IMG/VR virus record: IMGVR_UViG_3300008450_000005
Coordinates: 1-64,000 of that record
Origin: a virus
Length of the DNA stretch: 64,000 bases
Reading direction: 5' to 3' (one strand)
Part shown: positions 18,457 to 27,472 of the stretch, one piece after another
How positions within the stretch are numbered: the stretch's first letter is position 1
Layout: each line of letters starts with the position of its first letter
Program-made: the position numbers and the translations under genes
Notes under the pieces: generated by a model
What the model was told of the DNA's origin: nothing
The model's input: only the letters and a program-made list of their open reading frames with translations
Database searches by the model: none

Positions 18457-19172
18457 TAGAATAGGTTTATTGCTTTTTCCTTTGCTATTTTAACTAATTC
18501 TTCGTTGGAATCTATATCTGCATCAATCTCGGCGATAAAGACTCTTGGCGTATATAATTTTGATTTGATCCTGTCTAGGACCTCGTGGATTATAAATTCA
18601 TAATCCGAAGAGAATTTATAATCATATTCCATCTGTACCTTCTTCATGATTACACCTGACAGTGAATGACCATCCTGGTTGATTATGCTTTCTTTCATGA
18701 GGTAAGCGTGGATACGATTTGTTTTCTTAGATCTGATCAATAGAAGAGAAAATGAATTACCTGAATTTTTTTGATCTACTGCTGGGACAAATTCCTTCAC
18801 TTCTACTAACTTTTCTAAATTTTTCAAGATATTAAGCATTTCTTCTCCGAATCCATACAAAATATCTTCAGAATCAGCTACGATACGATCTACCAAAGCC
18901 AATTTTTGATCTAAATCCTCTTGCTCAAAAAATTTTGTTTTTGTGTTTTCTTCTTTTTTAGTTATTTTTTCAATCCTTTCAGGAGATAAGCTTCTGTTCG
19001 TCCTGAAATTTTTCAAGTCATCAAGGCGGAGAAAAATCTCTCTCGCACTTTTTCTTGTACTTCTTTCATTCAGTTCTATTCTTAACTCTTGAAGAAAATC
19101 CATCAGCACATAATACTTATGTTCCGGATCGAGCGGTTCCTGTAGAAACCAATACGGGCTTAATCTTTTCAT
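18456..19172 (-). CDS. Hypothetical protein
   Basis: 238-aa ORF filling the gap; N-terminal WFLQEPLDPEHKYYVLMDFLQ. Confidence 0.8.
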   Translation of the reverse strand: MKRLSPYWFLQEPLDPEHKYYVLMDFLQELRIELNERSTRKSAREIFLRLDDLKNFRTNRSLSPERIEKITKKEENTKTKFFEQEDLDQKLALVDRIVADSEDILYGFGEEMLNILKNLEKLVEVKEFVPAVDQKNSGNSFSLLLIRSKKTNRIHAYLMKESIINQDGHSLSGVIMKKVQMEYDYKFSSDYEFIIHEVLDRIKSKLYTPRVFIAEIDADIDSNEELVKIAKEKAINLF

Positions 19173-19214
19173 TTACTCAGACAAATTATTTTTAAACCCC
19201 AGTAGTAAATCATA

Positions 19215-19262
19215 CTATATATTTATGGAAATTATTCATAGGCAACGATACTCGGATATATA
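19215..19262. promoter_or_regulatory. Divergent putative late promoters
   Basis: AATATATAG on the - strand (19215-19223) and GATATATA on the + strand (19255-19262). Confidence 0.55.
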
Positions 19263-19278
19263 GAAAAAAATAAGATAT

Positions 19279-19707
19279 ATGGCAAGAATATATGATTTCA
19301 ATAATTTCTCCAGTAGCTCGGGCTCGAGAGAAGATTATGAATTCAGATACGAGTTGGACTTTACTGATACCACCGTGGTGAATCCTCCAGAGGAATTAAA
19401 AAATCTCGACACTGCTTCGGTTAATGTCACTTATAAATCTAGTGTAAAAATTGATAAAAACGGTATCTATGATATCGATTTTTCTATCTCTGAGATGGAG
19501 ATAAGATTCGAAATGGATGATTATCCCAATGAATCAATTATTGAAGAGATCGAGCTTAAACCCGGTGTTAACATACCCGAAGATCAGATCAAGATCACCA
19601 AGGGAGATTATCTAATACCGACATATCCATCATCGATTACGATCGATATGAAAAAGGCAAACGATTCTGGAAAATTTTATATCGAAATCACATTTGGTAA
19701 GGACTAA
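19279..19707 (+). CDS. Hypothetical beta-rich acidic protein
   Basis: 142 aa; starts MARIYDFNNF. Confidence 0.7.
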   Translation: MARIYDFNNFSSSSGSREDYEFRYELDFTDTTVVNPPEELKNLDTASVNVTYKSSVKIDKNGIYDIDFSISEMEIRFEMDDYPNESIIEEIELKPGVNIPEDQIKITKGDYLIPTYPSSITIDMKKANDSGKFYIEITFGKD

Positions 19708-19708
19708 A

Positions 19709-20620
19709 ATGAATTTACTCAGATACGATCAATATAGAATAAATGAAGGCTTCAGCTGGGAAGACGAAGAAATCCTCCTGCCTTGTTTAACCGGAGAGGA
19801 GCAGCCAGACTTTTTCCCTTGCTTACACCTGGTCACTTCGGGTGAGAAAGATCATTTGAATTGCTGGAATAAAAAGGGAGAGATGGTTCTCGATTTCCCA
19901 ATAGCACGGTCTTCTTACGAAATAGCCACAGACAACCCGGGAAATTTACAAATGCTGAAAATGAATCCATGGAGTACATGGATGAGAAATGAAGCTAATA
20001 GGGAAAACATTTTAGATCTGAAAGAGATTCTAGATGACACCGAAGAAGAGGATGATTTTAATCCAACCGACGAGGTTTTGCTATTTTTAGATCTTTGCGG
20101 ACTGAATTCACTGAAAACTAATTCTCACCAGAAATTAGAAAACGGAATCCACCTAATTGGATTGGATAACGGAATGGAGGCTGAGGTTGACTACGACGAA
20201 GAAAATAGGCTCATGAAAAAGTTAGATATTTTTTCTGCACCTAATGAAAAATACCCTGCAATCAGTATTTGCATCAAGCCGAAGTTAAAATGGGGTTTCA
20301 GAATTGATGACATGAATTACGAGATTAATGATGTCAAGAAGATCTCTGATCGCCAAAATTTGATTAGCTCATTAATCACTGCTGCTTTGGGCAAAACTCA
20401 GGATGATGAATCGATTGGGAATATCAGATCGTATTACGAGGAGCAACTCGCATCTCTGAAAAAACTTGTTAATTTACCAAATTTCCATAGATCAAATCTC
20501 GATCAAAAAGACGAAGAGATTTATAGATTCAAAAATCTTGTCTCTAAATACATAGGAGAAAAAACTGCTGACGAGCTTTACAAGAAAGCAAAATCTGAAA
20601 TATACCAACATTATAAATAA
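19709..20620 (+). CDS. Hypothetical protein with capsid-targeting-like N-terminus
   Basis: ATG 19709 gives MNLLRYDQYRINEG. Confidence 0.7.
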   Translation: MNLLRYDQYRINEGFSWEDEEILLPCLTGEEQPDFFPCLHLVTSGEKDHLNCWNKKGEMVLDFPIARSSYEIATDNPGNLQMLKMNPWSTWMRNEANRENILDLKEILDDTEEEDDFNPTDEVLLFLDLCGLNSLKTNSHQKLENGIHLIGLDNGMEAEVDYDEENRLMKKLDIFSAPNEKYPAISICIKPKLKWGFRIDDMNYEINDVKKISDRQNLISSLITAALGKTQDDESIGNIRSYYEEQLASLKKLVNLPNFHRSNLDQKDEEIYRFKNLVSKYIGEKTADELYKKAKSEIYQHYK

Positions 20621-20621
20621 T

Positions 20622-21296
20622 ATGTACGGAATTAAAAGCCTACCAGGCGGATCCCACAAGGGCAAATCCAAATACGCTTACGAAGATCTCGATTTGAGCA
20701 CCTACCAGAAAGAGGTTTTTACCACTTTGGTCCGTGCACTAAGTAAGGATTACGAAAAAAGCCAGAAAGAAACACAAAAAGAGGTTTCCTCTGTTAAAAA
20801 GAAAATATTGGATATCATAGAAGATTGCTATCCAGATATGAGCGTGACCAACTGTGTGAAGAAGATATTGGACAAGTATTCAACATTCTTTAATAAGGAG
20901 CTGAAGGAGAACAATATATTATCACTTGATGAATTTGGGTACTGGATGGAAATGGATGAGTCGTTAGAAGACGTTGAATCTTTAGATGAGGCGGCATCAA
21001 ATCTGGACGCAACCATCCAAAAGTATGCTGAAGACTATTCGAAAAAGGTCGTTCGCGGTAAGACCGTACCAGTATCAACTCTTAAGAGAATCCTGAAGAA
21101 AGTACATTCTAGAGGGATGCAAGCTTTTAGAAATGCTCCGCAGTCTGTTAGACCATGGATCAGACAAATGGGAGATCCAGCAGGTGCAATTGTCTGGGGA
21201 ACATCCAGAATTAAGGCTTTCTTGAGAAAAAGCAAAGGGACTTGGTACAAATTTGATTCCGACCTAGCTGAAGACGTAACGAAAGCAGCTAATTAA
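20622..21296 (+). CDS. Hypothetical protein with a conserved viral C-terminal domain (DUF5824-like)
   Basis: LKKVHSRGMQAF...VRP...WGTSRIKAFL resembles the L..Vy.RG..A....RP...Wa.aRv..F pattern. Confidence 0.5.
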   Translation: MYGIKSLPGGSHKGKSKYAYEDLDLSTYQKEVFTTLVRALSKDYEKSQKETQKEVSSVKKKILDIIEDCYPDMSVTNCVKKILDKYSTFFNKELKENNILSLDEFGYWMEMDESLEDVESLDEAASNLDATIQKYAEDYSKKVVRGKTVPVSTLKRILKKVHSRGMQAFRNAPQSVRPWIRQMGDPAGAIVWGTSRIKAFLRKSKGTWYKFDSDLAEDVTKAAN

Positions 21297-21299
21297 GTC

Positions 21300-21329
21300 G
21301 AAACTAATTTTCCTTCTCGAGTCTATAAC
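21300..21329 (+). promoter_or_regulatory. Putative early/middle promoter GAAAC-N19-TATAAC
   Basis: Similar to the elements at 812 and 14939. Confidence 0.35.
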
Positions 21330-21338
21330 TGTTCATCT

Positions 21339-21572
21339 ATGGATAACGAGATTCTAAAAATAGACGAAACCATTAGGTTTAAAGCCAAAAAAGGCTTTAC
21401 CGTCCATGAATTCCATAGGCTAGGTAAGGAAGAAGAATTTCTTTCCGAAACAGTAGAGTATTTCAAGTATGATACAAGGAAAAAAGCTAAAGGAAAGAGC
21501 TCTTGGATACTTCTGAAAGATCTACAGGGTTGGATCGATATGTTAAACGGAATGGATTATGAACAATTTTAA
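21339..21572 (+). CDS. Hypothetical protein
   Basis: 77-aa ORF tiling the + strand. Confidence 0.65.
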   Translation: MDNEILKIDETIRFKAKKGFTVHEFHRLGKEEEFLSETVEYFKYDTRKKAKGKSSWILLKDLQGWIDMLNGMDYEQF

Positions 21573-21586
21573 TCACGGATATTCAT

Positions 21587-22288
21587 ATGTTCGGAAAATT
21601 GAAAAGACTGTTTAAAAGTGAAATTAAGAAACCAATTTCAAAAATGAGTAATTATAGCGAATTAAGTCCCGAAGAATTGCACGAAAAATTTTCTGCATTT
21701 GATTTTACTTGGATCAAGGGCGATAATACCGGTAACACAGAAAGGTTCGTCAAAGTATCTGCCAATGACCCAAATGGTCCTAAATTTATTGTTTTCCAAG
21801 GCGGAAATCGGATAAACGTCGATCTCATGGACGAATATATGGCGATGTTCCCTAAAGCTCCATCTGATGTTATCTTCGAGTCAGCTCAAAATCAGGCTCC
21901 TCAGCTTACACAGCCACTACCGATACCAAGTCAGCAAAATAAATCAAGGGTAGAAACTTCTGTCCAATCGATTTCATATGCAGATCAGAATAACATAAAT
22001 TCCGACTCACCCATTTACAAGCTTCTTGCTAAGCAAAAGAAAAACCTGGTTGATGTCAACATCAAGTTGAAGATTAATCTTCCTTCCCGCGATCTTTATA
22101 ACGTTTTAATAGATTCATTCGAAGGTGCGGAGGACGATGTTATTGATTTCATAATTAATGGTATCGAGATTGACGATATCAAGAAAAGTCTTGCTGATTC
22201 TATCAAGAAGAATTATTACAATAAGGTAATAGTAGAAAAAAATACATTGCCTGCTAAATTCAAAAAACCCTTAACAGAAACCGAATAA
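21587..22288 (+). CDS. Hypothetical protein
   Basis: 233 aa; two domains joined by a Q/P/S linker. Confidence 0.75.
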   Translation: MFGKLKRLFKSEIKKPISKMSNYSELSPEELHEKFSAFDFTWIKGDNTGNTERFVKVSANDPNGPKFIVFQGGNRINVDLMDEYMAMFPKAPSDVIFESAQNQAPQLTQPLPIPSQQNKSRVETSVQSISYADQNNINSDSPIYKLLAKQKKNLVDVNIKLKINLPSRDLYNVLIDSFEGAEDDVIDFIINGIEIDDIKKSLADSIKKNYYNKVIVEKNTLPAKFKKPLTETE

Positions 22289-22289
22289 A

Positions 22290-22814
22290 ATGGAGAATAT
22301 TTTAGGAAAATATCGTGGCTTCAATGTGGTCGAAAGAGATGGAAAAGAAGGAATTCAAGTTCTATTTGACAATGTTGTTATCATGCCATTCGTTAGAGAT
22401 GATAAAGGACTTCCGCTGATGATCGGAGTTATCAAAGAGCCCAACCCATTTAGAGAGGGCGGGCAGACTATTTCGTTAATCACAGGAACGAAAGATCCTT
22501 CGGACGGAGATTATTTAACTACAGCCATGAGAGAATTGAAGGAGGAATCCGGATATGACGTAACCGATTCTGATCGCTGGTTTTACATGGGCAATGTCTT
22601 TTCATCCAAACTGGTGGATCACGAACAGCCATGCTTCGCTGTAGACGTAACTGGTGTTAAAAGAGGTGAAGCAACAGGAGATGGATCCGAATCAGAGGCA
22701 CAGCAGGAGTTCATCCTAATCCCGGCTAATGATGTTGTTAAGGTGAAAGATATTTTTATCCCTGGACTTTTCATCAAGCTATTTAAATACGTGATGGGAA
22801 TTGATATCCACTAA
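22290..22814 (+). CDS. Nudix hydrolase
   Basis: Nudix box variant GTKDPSDGDYLTTAMRELKEESGY. Confidence 0.85.
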   Translation: MENILGKYRGFNVVERDGKEGIQVLFDNVVIMPFVRDDKGLPLMIGVIKEPNPFREGGQTISLITGTKDPSDGDYLTTAMRELKEESGYDVTDSDRWFYMGNVFSSKLVDHEQPCFAVDVTGVKRGEATGDGSESEAQQEFILIPANDVVKVKDIFIPGLFIKLFKYVMGIDIH

Positions 22815-22838
22815 TAAAGAAGACAAAACCGCATAGTC

Positions 22839-23147
22839 ATGAGTTTATCACGAAAAGAAAGAAGACAAGCAGCAAAAAAAATGGGATTCCTATCGCAAGA
22901 TAACTCATTCAAGAATTTTGCTGAACGACTTGGTAGATCTAACCAGGCTGGAAGCATGATACACCAAAGGCATTTAGAGGACCAACGATGGGATCTGAAG
23001 AAGCAGGAAGAGATCAGAGAGAGGGAAAGACTCATGAGCGAAATAAATGCAAGGAAAGAATCGCACAAAGAAGAAGAGTTCAGACTCGACGTTTCATCAT
23101 TTGATTTCCTAAATCAAATGGAAAATGGTGAAGATCAACCTCAATAA
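22839..23147 (+). CDS. Hypothetical protein
   Basis: 102 aa; basic N-terminus SRKERRQAAKKMG. Confidence 0.7.
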   Translation: MSLSRKERRQAAKKMGFLSQDNSFKNFAERLGRSNQAGSMIHQRHLEDQRWDLKKQEEIRERERLMSEINARKESHKEEEFRLDVSSFDFLNQMENGEDQPQ

Positions 23148-23477
23148 ATGCTAACTAATTCCGTAAGATTGACGTTTTTTGTAACAGAACAGAATCTGAA
23201 AGAAGCTAAAAAAAGGCTTGGTAGCCGAGAACTGTACATTGTAGACATCTCGAAGATCATTCGAGATCTGGGTTATAGCGTTTGTGATTTAACTCCTGAA
23301 AGTGAATTCGTGATCAATTTTTCTGTAATGAAGAAAATCCAACAAGGAATATATAATACGAAGAGTAAAGATATACTTGTGATCAATAAAGAAATGAGTG
23401 ACGGATTCATGGAAGGACTACAATTCTTTCTGGATGGTTTCGTAGAAATTGATTATGAGATAGATTTACTCGAGTAA
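23148..23477 (+). CDS. Hypothetical protein
   Basis: 109-aa ORF abutting both neighbours. Confidence 0.7.
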   Translation: MLTNSVRLTFFVTEQNLKEAKKRLGSRELYIVDISKIIRDLGYSVCDLTPESEFVINFSVMKKIQQGIYNTKSKDILVINKEMSDGFMEGLQFFLDGFVEIDYEIDLLE

Positions 23478-23491
23478 ATCAATCATATTGA

Positions 23492-25360
23492 ATGGCTACC
23501 GGAAAAATTACACCAGCTTCGTCAGGTAATTATACAGCAACCCAGCAGAATGGAATCATTCAATCGCAGGGGACTGAATCTGAGCTAAAGACAAAATCAA
23601 CCAAAACTCTTATCGATGCCGCTTCGAATCTGGGAGCGGATAACCCATTCAAGAAATACAACCCGAAGTCTTTATTCTACGACGGGGCAAAAATAGATTC
23701 ACCTATTGCGACTGGTGCATTTTTATTTTATGCTTTTGACGGCAGCAGGGGTAACAATCAGGTAATTCAAAATACCTATAGTAATTCAGAAAGTGCTGAT
23801 AACAATAAGAAAATCTCTTCTCTAGAATCAAGAAATCCAACGGCAGCAAGTTTAGTAAGGCAAGCTGATCAGTTAATTCAGAGATCTGTTGGAGGCAATC
23901 CTACTGGAAGGGGAATTAATAACTCAATTATAGGCGGGAGATCAGCTCCGTATTATTGGAAAGACTTTCTTTACTGTAAATATTATGGCATGATTCCTAA
24001 TAATTACATGGTCACTCTGAGGAGATATCCAACTCCGATGAATGACAATTTAAGTCTCCCGAGATTTGTCAAAGATAATCCCAAGCTTTATGAGCAGGGA
24101 ACGGGAGTTCCAGTTTCCCAGATAGTGACTTGGGTTGGAGGTAACACTGGAAATAAGCTGAGCGATTTATTAAAATTCTCTACCGGCCTGAAGTTTACAC
24201 CAAAAACTCAAAACACAACGGTTGAGCAAAATGCTTTTAGCAAAGGATTTTTCCAAGATCTTGTTCAGATACAGGCTTTTACCGACGCAGTTCAAAAGGT
24301 AGTCCCAACTTATGACCCTGCTCAAACTCCGATTCTGGATCTTTTAGACGTTATTTTGGGCTCGAGCACGGATCAAGCTTTCAAAGAAACTATTGCGCCC
24401 AGAATAAATTACCAATTACTGAATAAGCTGGTTGGTTCTCAGTCGGAACCTGGACCGCTGTCTGGATTTAATATTTTTACTCCATTGGATGTAGTAACAA
24501 GTACGTATGTTAGGGACACTGGACTAGATTTCACCTGGGAGGGTTTAAATATTAATGTTTCCTATGAATTAACCTCTGTTGGGAATGTTAATACTAAAGC
24601 TGCACTTCTTGATATCATGGGTAATATTCTTTCAATGGGTACTAACTATGGAAATTTCATTACCCCATTTACGAGATATAATTCAGAATTCCCTGCTGTT
24701 GGATTCCCTGGTGGAGATGCCGGATTAGAGGAATTTTATAGAAATCCAAAAGCTTTCTTTGATAAATTTATTAAGAATTTCAACGAATCCGTAACTGGAA
24801 CAGCTGCTGGAGATCTGAAGGTAAGTTTAGAAAATAACAAAGAGAAAATTTCACAGCTAATAGCAAAACTCAAAACCGATAATAACGGGTTGGGTGGCGG
24901 AGTGGCGGAACGAGGAGCATTTTCTATAGTCAACTATGACCAGGGTAACAATTTTGCATCTAAGGTGCAATTACCACAATCGTTATTGACAGGTGCACCG
25001 ATCGGTGAATGGCATTTGACAATAGGAAACCCCATGAACCCAATAGCAATGATAGGAAATCTTATTTGCACAGGGGTCGAAATAACATTTGGCGATACTC
25101 TCGGTCCGGACGATTTCCCAACAGAGATCAATGCTAAATTCACGATGAAGCATGCCAGACCTAGAGAAAGAGGTGAAATAGAATCAATCTTCAATAGAGG
25201 TGACGGAAGACTTTATCAGGCTACTGTTAGAACTCAATCACAGAATGTTTCTGCAGGTTCTATTACGACAACAGAGGGTGGATCACCAATAGACAGGAAG
25301 GGCCAGATAAATTCACTAACTGGACGCACGGATTATCAGACAAACACTTCCGGAAATTAA
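23492..25360 (+). CDS. Virion structural protein, possible tail-tube/baseplate junction (gp48/gp54-like)
   Basis: First gene of the baseplate block; C-terminal WHLTIGNP...NLICTGVEITF...DDFPTEINAKFTM resembles tube-fold proteins. Confidence 0.45.
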   Translation: MATGKITPASSGNYTATQQNGIIQSQGTESELKTKSTKTLIDAASNLGADNPFKKYNPKSLFYDGAKIDSPIATGAFLFYAFDGSRGNNQVIQNTYSNSESADNNKKISSLESRNPTAASLVRQADQLIQRSVGGNPTGRGINNSIIGGRSAPYYWKDFLYCKYYGMIPNNYMVTLRRYPTPMNDNLSLPRFVKDNPKLYEQGTGVPVSQIVTWVGGNTGNKLSDLLKFSTGLKFTPKTQNTTVEQNAFSKGFFQDLVQIQAFTDAVQKVVPTYDPAQTPILDLLDVILGSSTDQAFKETIAPRINYQLLNKLVGSQSEPGPLSGFNIFTPLDVVTSTYVRDTGLDFTWEGLNINVSYELTSVGNVNTKAALLDIMGNILSMGTNYGNFITPFTRYNSEFPAVGFPGGDAGLEEFYRNPKAFFDKFIKNFNESVTGTAAGDLKVSLENNKEKISQLIAKLKTDNNGLGGGVAERGAFSIVNYDQGNNFASKVQLPQSLLTGAPIGEWHLTIGNPMNPIAMIGNLICTGVEITFGDTLGPDDFPTEINAKFTMKHARPRERGEIESIFNRGDGRLYQATVRTQSQNVSAGSITTTEGGSPIDRKGQINSLTGRTDYQTNTSGN

Positions 25361-25370
25361 ATAAACAGAT

Positions 25371-25952
25371 ATGCTACGAATTGATACTTTACAGAAGGGA
25401 AAAAGAATTTTCAACCCTAATCAGGGAGAGCAGAGGGAGGCTGATGGTATTTATGATCTCACTATCGGTTCGATGACGTTCGAGAACGTTACACTTCGTT
25501 TTACAGACACCTATTTGGTACCTGATGATTATAGAATGAGACCAGATCTGATCGCCAGAGATACCATGGGGGATATTTCTAAGCTTGGATCACTTCTAAA
25601 GGTAAATTCAATTTCAAACCCATTTGCTATTGACACAAGATTTTTACTTCTTGTACCAAATGCTGGTGATATCGATTACTCTTTTCAAAAGAAAAATGAG
25701 CGGGACCAAAACAAAAAAGATATCCCAAATAACGCTAACAACTTTAGAAAGATCCAACAAAATAAAGTTTTCGAGGTTTCAACCTCTAGAAAAGCTTTTA
25801 TTGAAACACAGAATAAATCAAAATCTCCCACTGCAATGGCTTTGCCTCCGAATGTACTTCAGCCTGGACAAACCCCAGTAACTGTAGAAAGCGGTGCAAT
25901 ATTCCTCGGAAGAGATTCTGGTGGTGGGGCTAACCAACAAGCATTGATCTAA
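25371..25952 (+). CDS. Baseplate wedge protein (T4 gp53-like, LysM-like)
   Basis: RPDLIARDTMGD....LLKVNSISNPF motif. Confidence 0.7.
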   Translation: MLRIDTLQKGKRIFNPNQGEQREADGIYDLTIGSMTFENVTLRFTDTYLVPDDYRMRPDLIARDTMGDISKLGSLLKVNSISNPFAIDTRFLLLVPNAGDIDYSFQKKNERDQNKKDIPNNANNFRKIQQNKVFEVSTSRKAFIETQNKSKSPTAMALPPNVLQPGQTPVTVESGAIFLGRDSGGGANQQALI

Positions 25953-25955
25953 TAA

Positions 25956-27461
25956 ATGGCTGACTATAAGATTTCATCCTTTGCAAATCCTACGATCAAA
26001 CTCGACGAAATAATAATTTCGAATAGAAGTGCTGGGCAGGAGGTTCTCGATAGGGGACTCAAAAATACTGACTCAAATTCAATTGGTATATTTGCACCAT
26101 GGGTAGTCATAAACGGTCTTCCTTTAAATCCCGGATTGACTTATTTTCAATTGGATCTTAACGAGAGAATACCTGTTGTTAGGCTCGAATATAAAATGAC
26201 AACTTCACTTTTCCTTGGAATGGCTTATCCAAAGGACGGTGATATAGTTTCGGTTTTTCTTTCCTCCCCTGGCAACATTTACAAACCGATCAGGATGGAT
26301 TTCAACGTTTTAACTGTTAAGAGTTCTAGCCGTCCAAAGGGTAATGATCCTCGATTTCAGGAAGGTCTGGAAATGACATTTTCTATTATGGGTGAAACGA
26401 GAATACCCAGATTTTACTCTACGCTCTGTAAGTCATTCCCAGCTCATACTTCATATAACACTATTTTTGAGGTGTCACAAGAATTAGAACTCGGATTTTC
26501 TACCAATGATACTGAAATGACAGACTCGATGACGTGGATTGCACCAAATATTTCACGTTGGGAGTTTCTAAATAGTGTGATCCGCCATGCTTATAAAGAT
26601 GATGAATCTTTTTTCGACTATTGGATTGACCCATATTATAATTTGAATTTTGTAAATCTTGCCCCTTCTTTTAATAAGATTGATACGGTGGTTGACACAA
26701 TCATGGTTGTAGCAGGGCAGAACAAATCTCTTCCAGAAACTCAATCCCCTGGCGTTTCATCCAATGCACAAGAATATTCATTACTGCTTACGAATTCCCC
26801 TGGATTTGATGATTTTCCTTTCAAGATCAGAACATATACTCTCATATCAAACGCTGGCCAGCATACCAATCTAACAGGTTATATCCAAGACATAATCTAT
26901 TATGATCAGAATGAGGAAGACGTAGAAAATATCGACGAAAGATTTATTGAATACCAGATTGAATCCACCACTATCCATAACGTAGAAGACGGCCAGCAAT
27001 TGCAGAAGGGAAGGGGAGCGGAGAATATCTACAAGGACGAGATTAGAAAAAGATGGCTCGGTGTTTTGAATAAGGGTCCGGTCGGAAGTACACATGCCAA
27101 TTTTTTTCATGCACAGGTGCAGAATCCTATGAATCTATTGGATGCGACTAAGTTCATACTCAGGGTAGAACTGTCCGGTTATCTACCGTCAATATATAAA
27201 GGGCAGGTCATTCCGGTAGAAATATACACTTTCGAGGATGGCCTTAAAAGAGAAAATACAGGAAAAGCAAAGGGAGGACAGAAAACGACTCAGCAAACCC
27301 CGATAATAGATGTGTTTCTTAGCGGAAATTATGTCCTTATGGGTTACGAAGTTGTTTTCACGCCTGGACAGGGATTGAGACAAATTCTGAATCTATGTAA
27401 AAGGGTTTGGGATCTCAATACTGCAGGGTCTCTTCCCAAGGTTTCTCCTATTGAATATTAA
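25956..27461 (+). CDS. Putative baseplate hub protein (gp27-like)
   Basis: Lies between gp53-like and gp5-like genes; WIDPYYNLNFV; C-terminal GQVIPV...LSGNYVL...LCKR typical of hub proteins. Confidence 0.55.
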   Translation: MADYKISSFANPTIKLDEIIISNRSAGQEVLDRGLKNTDSNSIGIFAPWVVINGLPLNPGLTYFQLDLNERIPVVRLEYKMTTSLFLGMAYPKDGDIVSVFLSSPGNIYKPIRMDFNVLTVKSSSRPKGNDPRFQEGLEMTFSIMGETRIPRFYSTLCKSFPAHTSYNTIFEVSQELELGFSTNDTEMTDSMTWIAPNISRWEFLNSVIRHAYKDDESFFDYWIDPYYNLNFVNLAPSFNKIDTVVDTIMVVAGQNKSLPETQSPGVSSNAQEYSLLLTNSPGFDDFPFKIRTYTLISNAGQHTNLTGYIQDIIYYDQNEEDVENIDERFIEYQIESTTIHNVEDGQQLQKGRGAENIYKDEIRKRWLGVLNKGPVGSTHANFFHAQVQNPMNLLDATKFILRVELSGYLPSIYKGQVIPVEIYTFEDGLKRENTGKAKGGQKTTQQTPIIDVFLSGNYVLMGYEVVFTPGQGLRQILNLCKRVWDLNTAGSLPKVSPIEY

Positions 27462-27472
27462 TAATATCAGCT

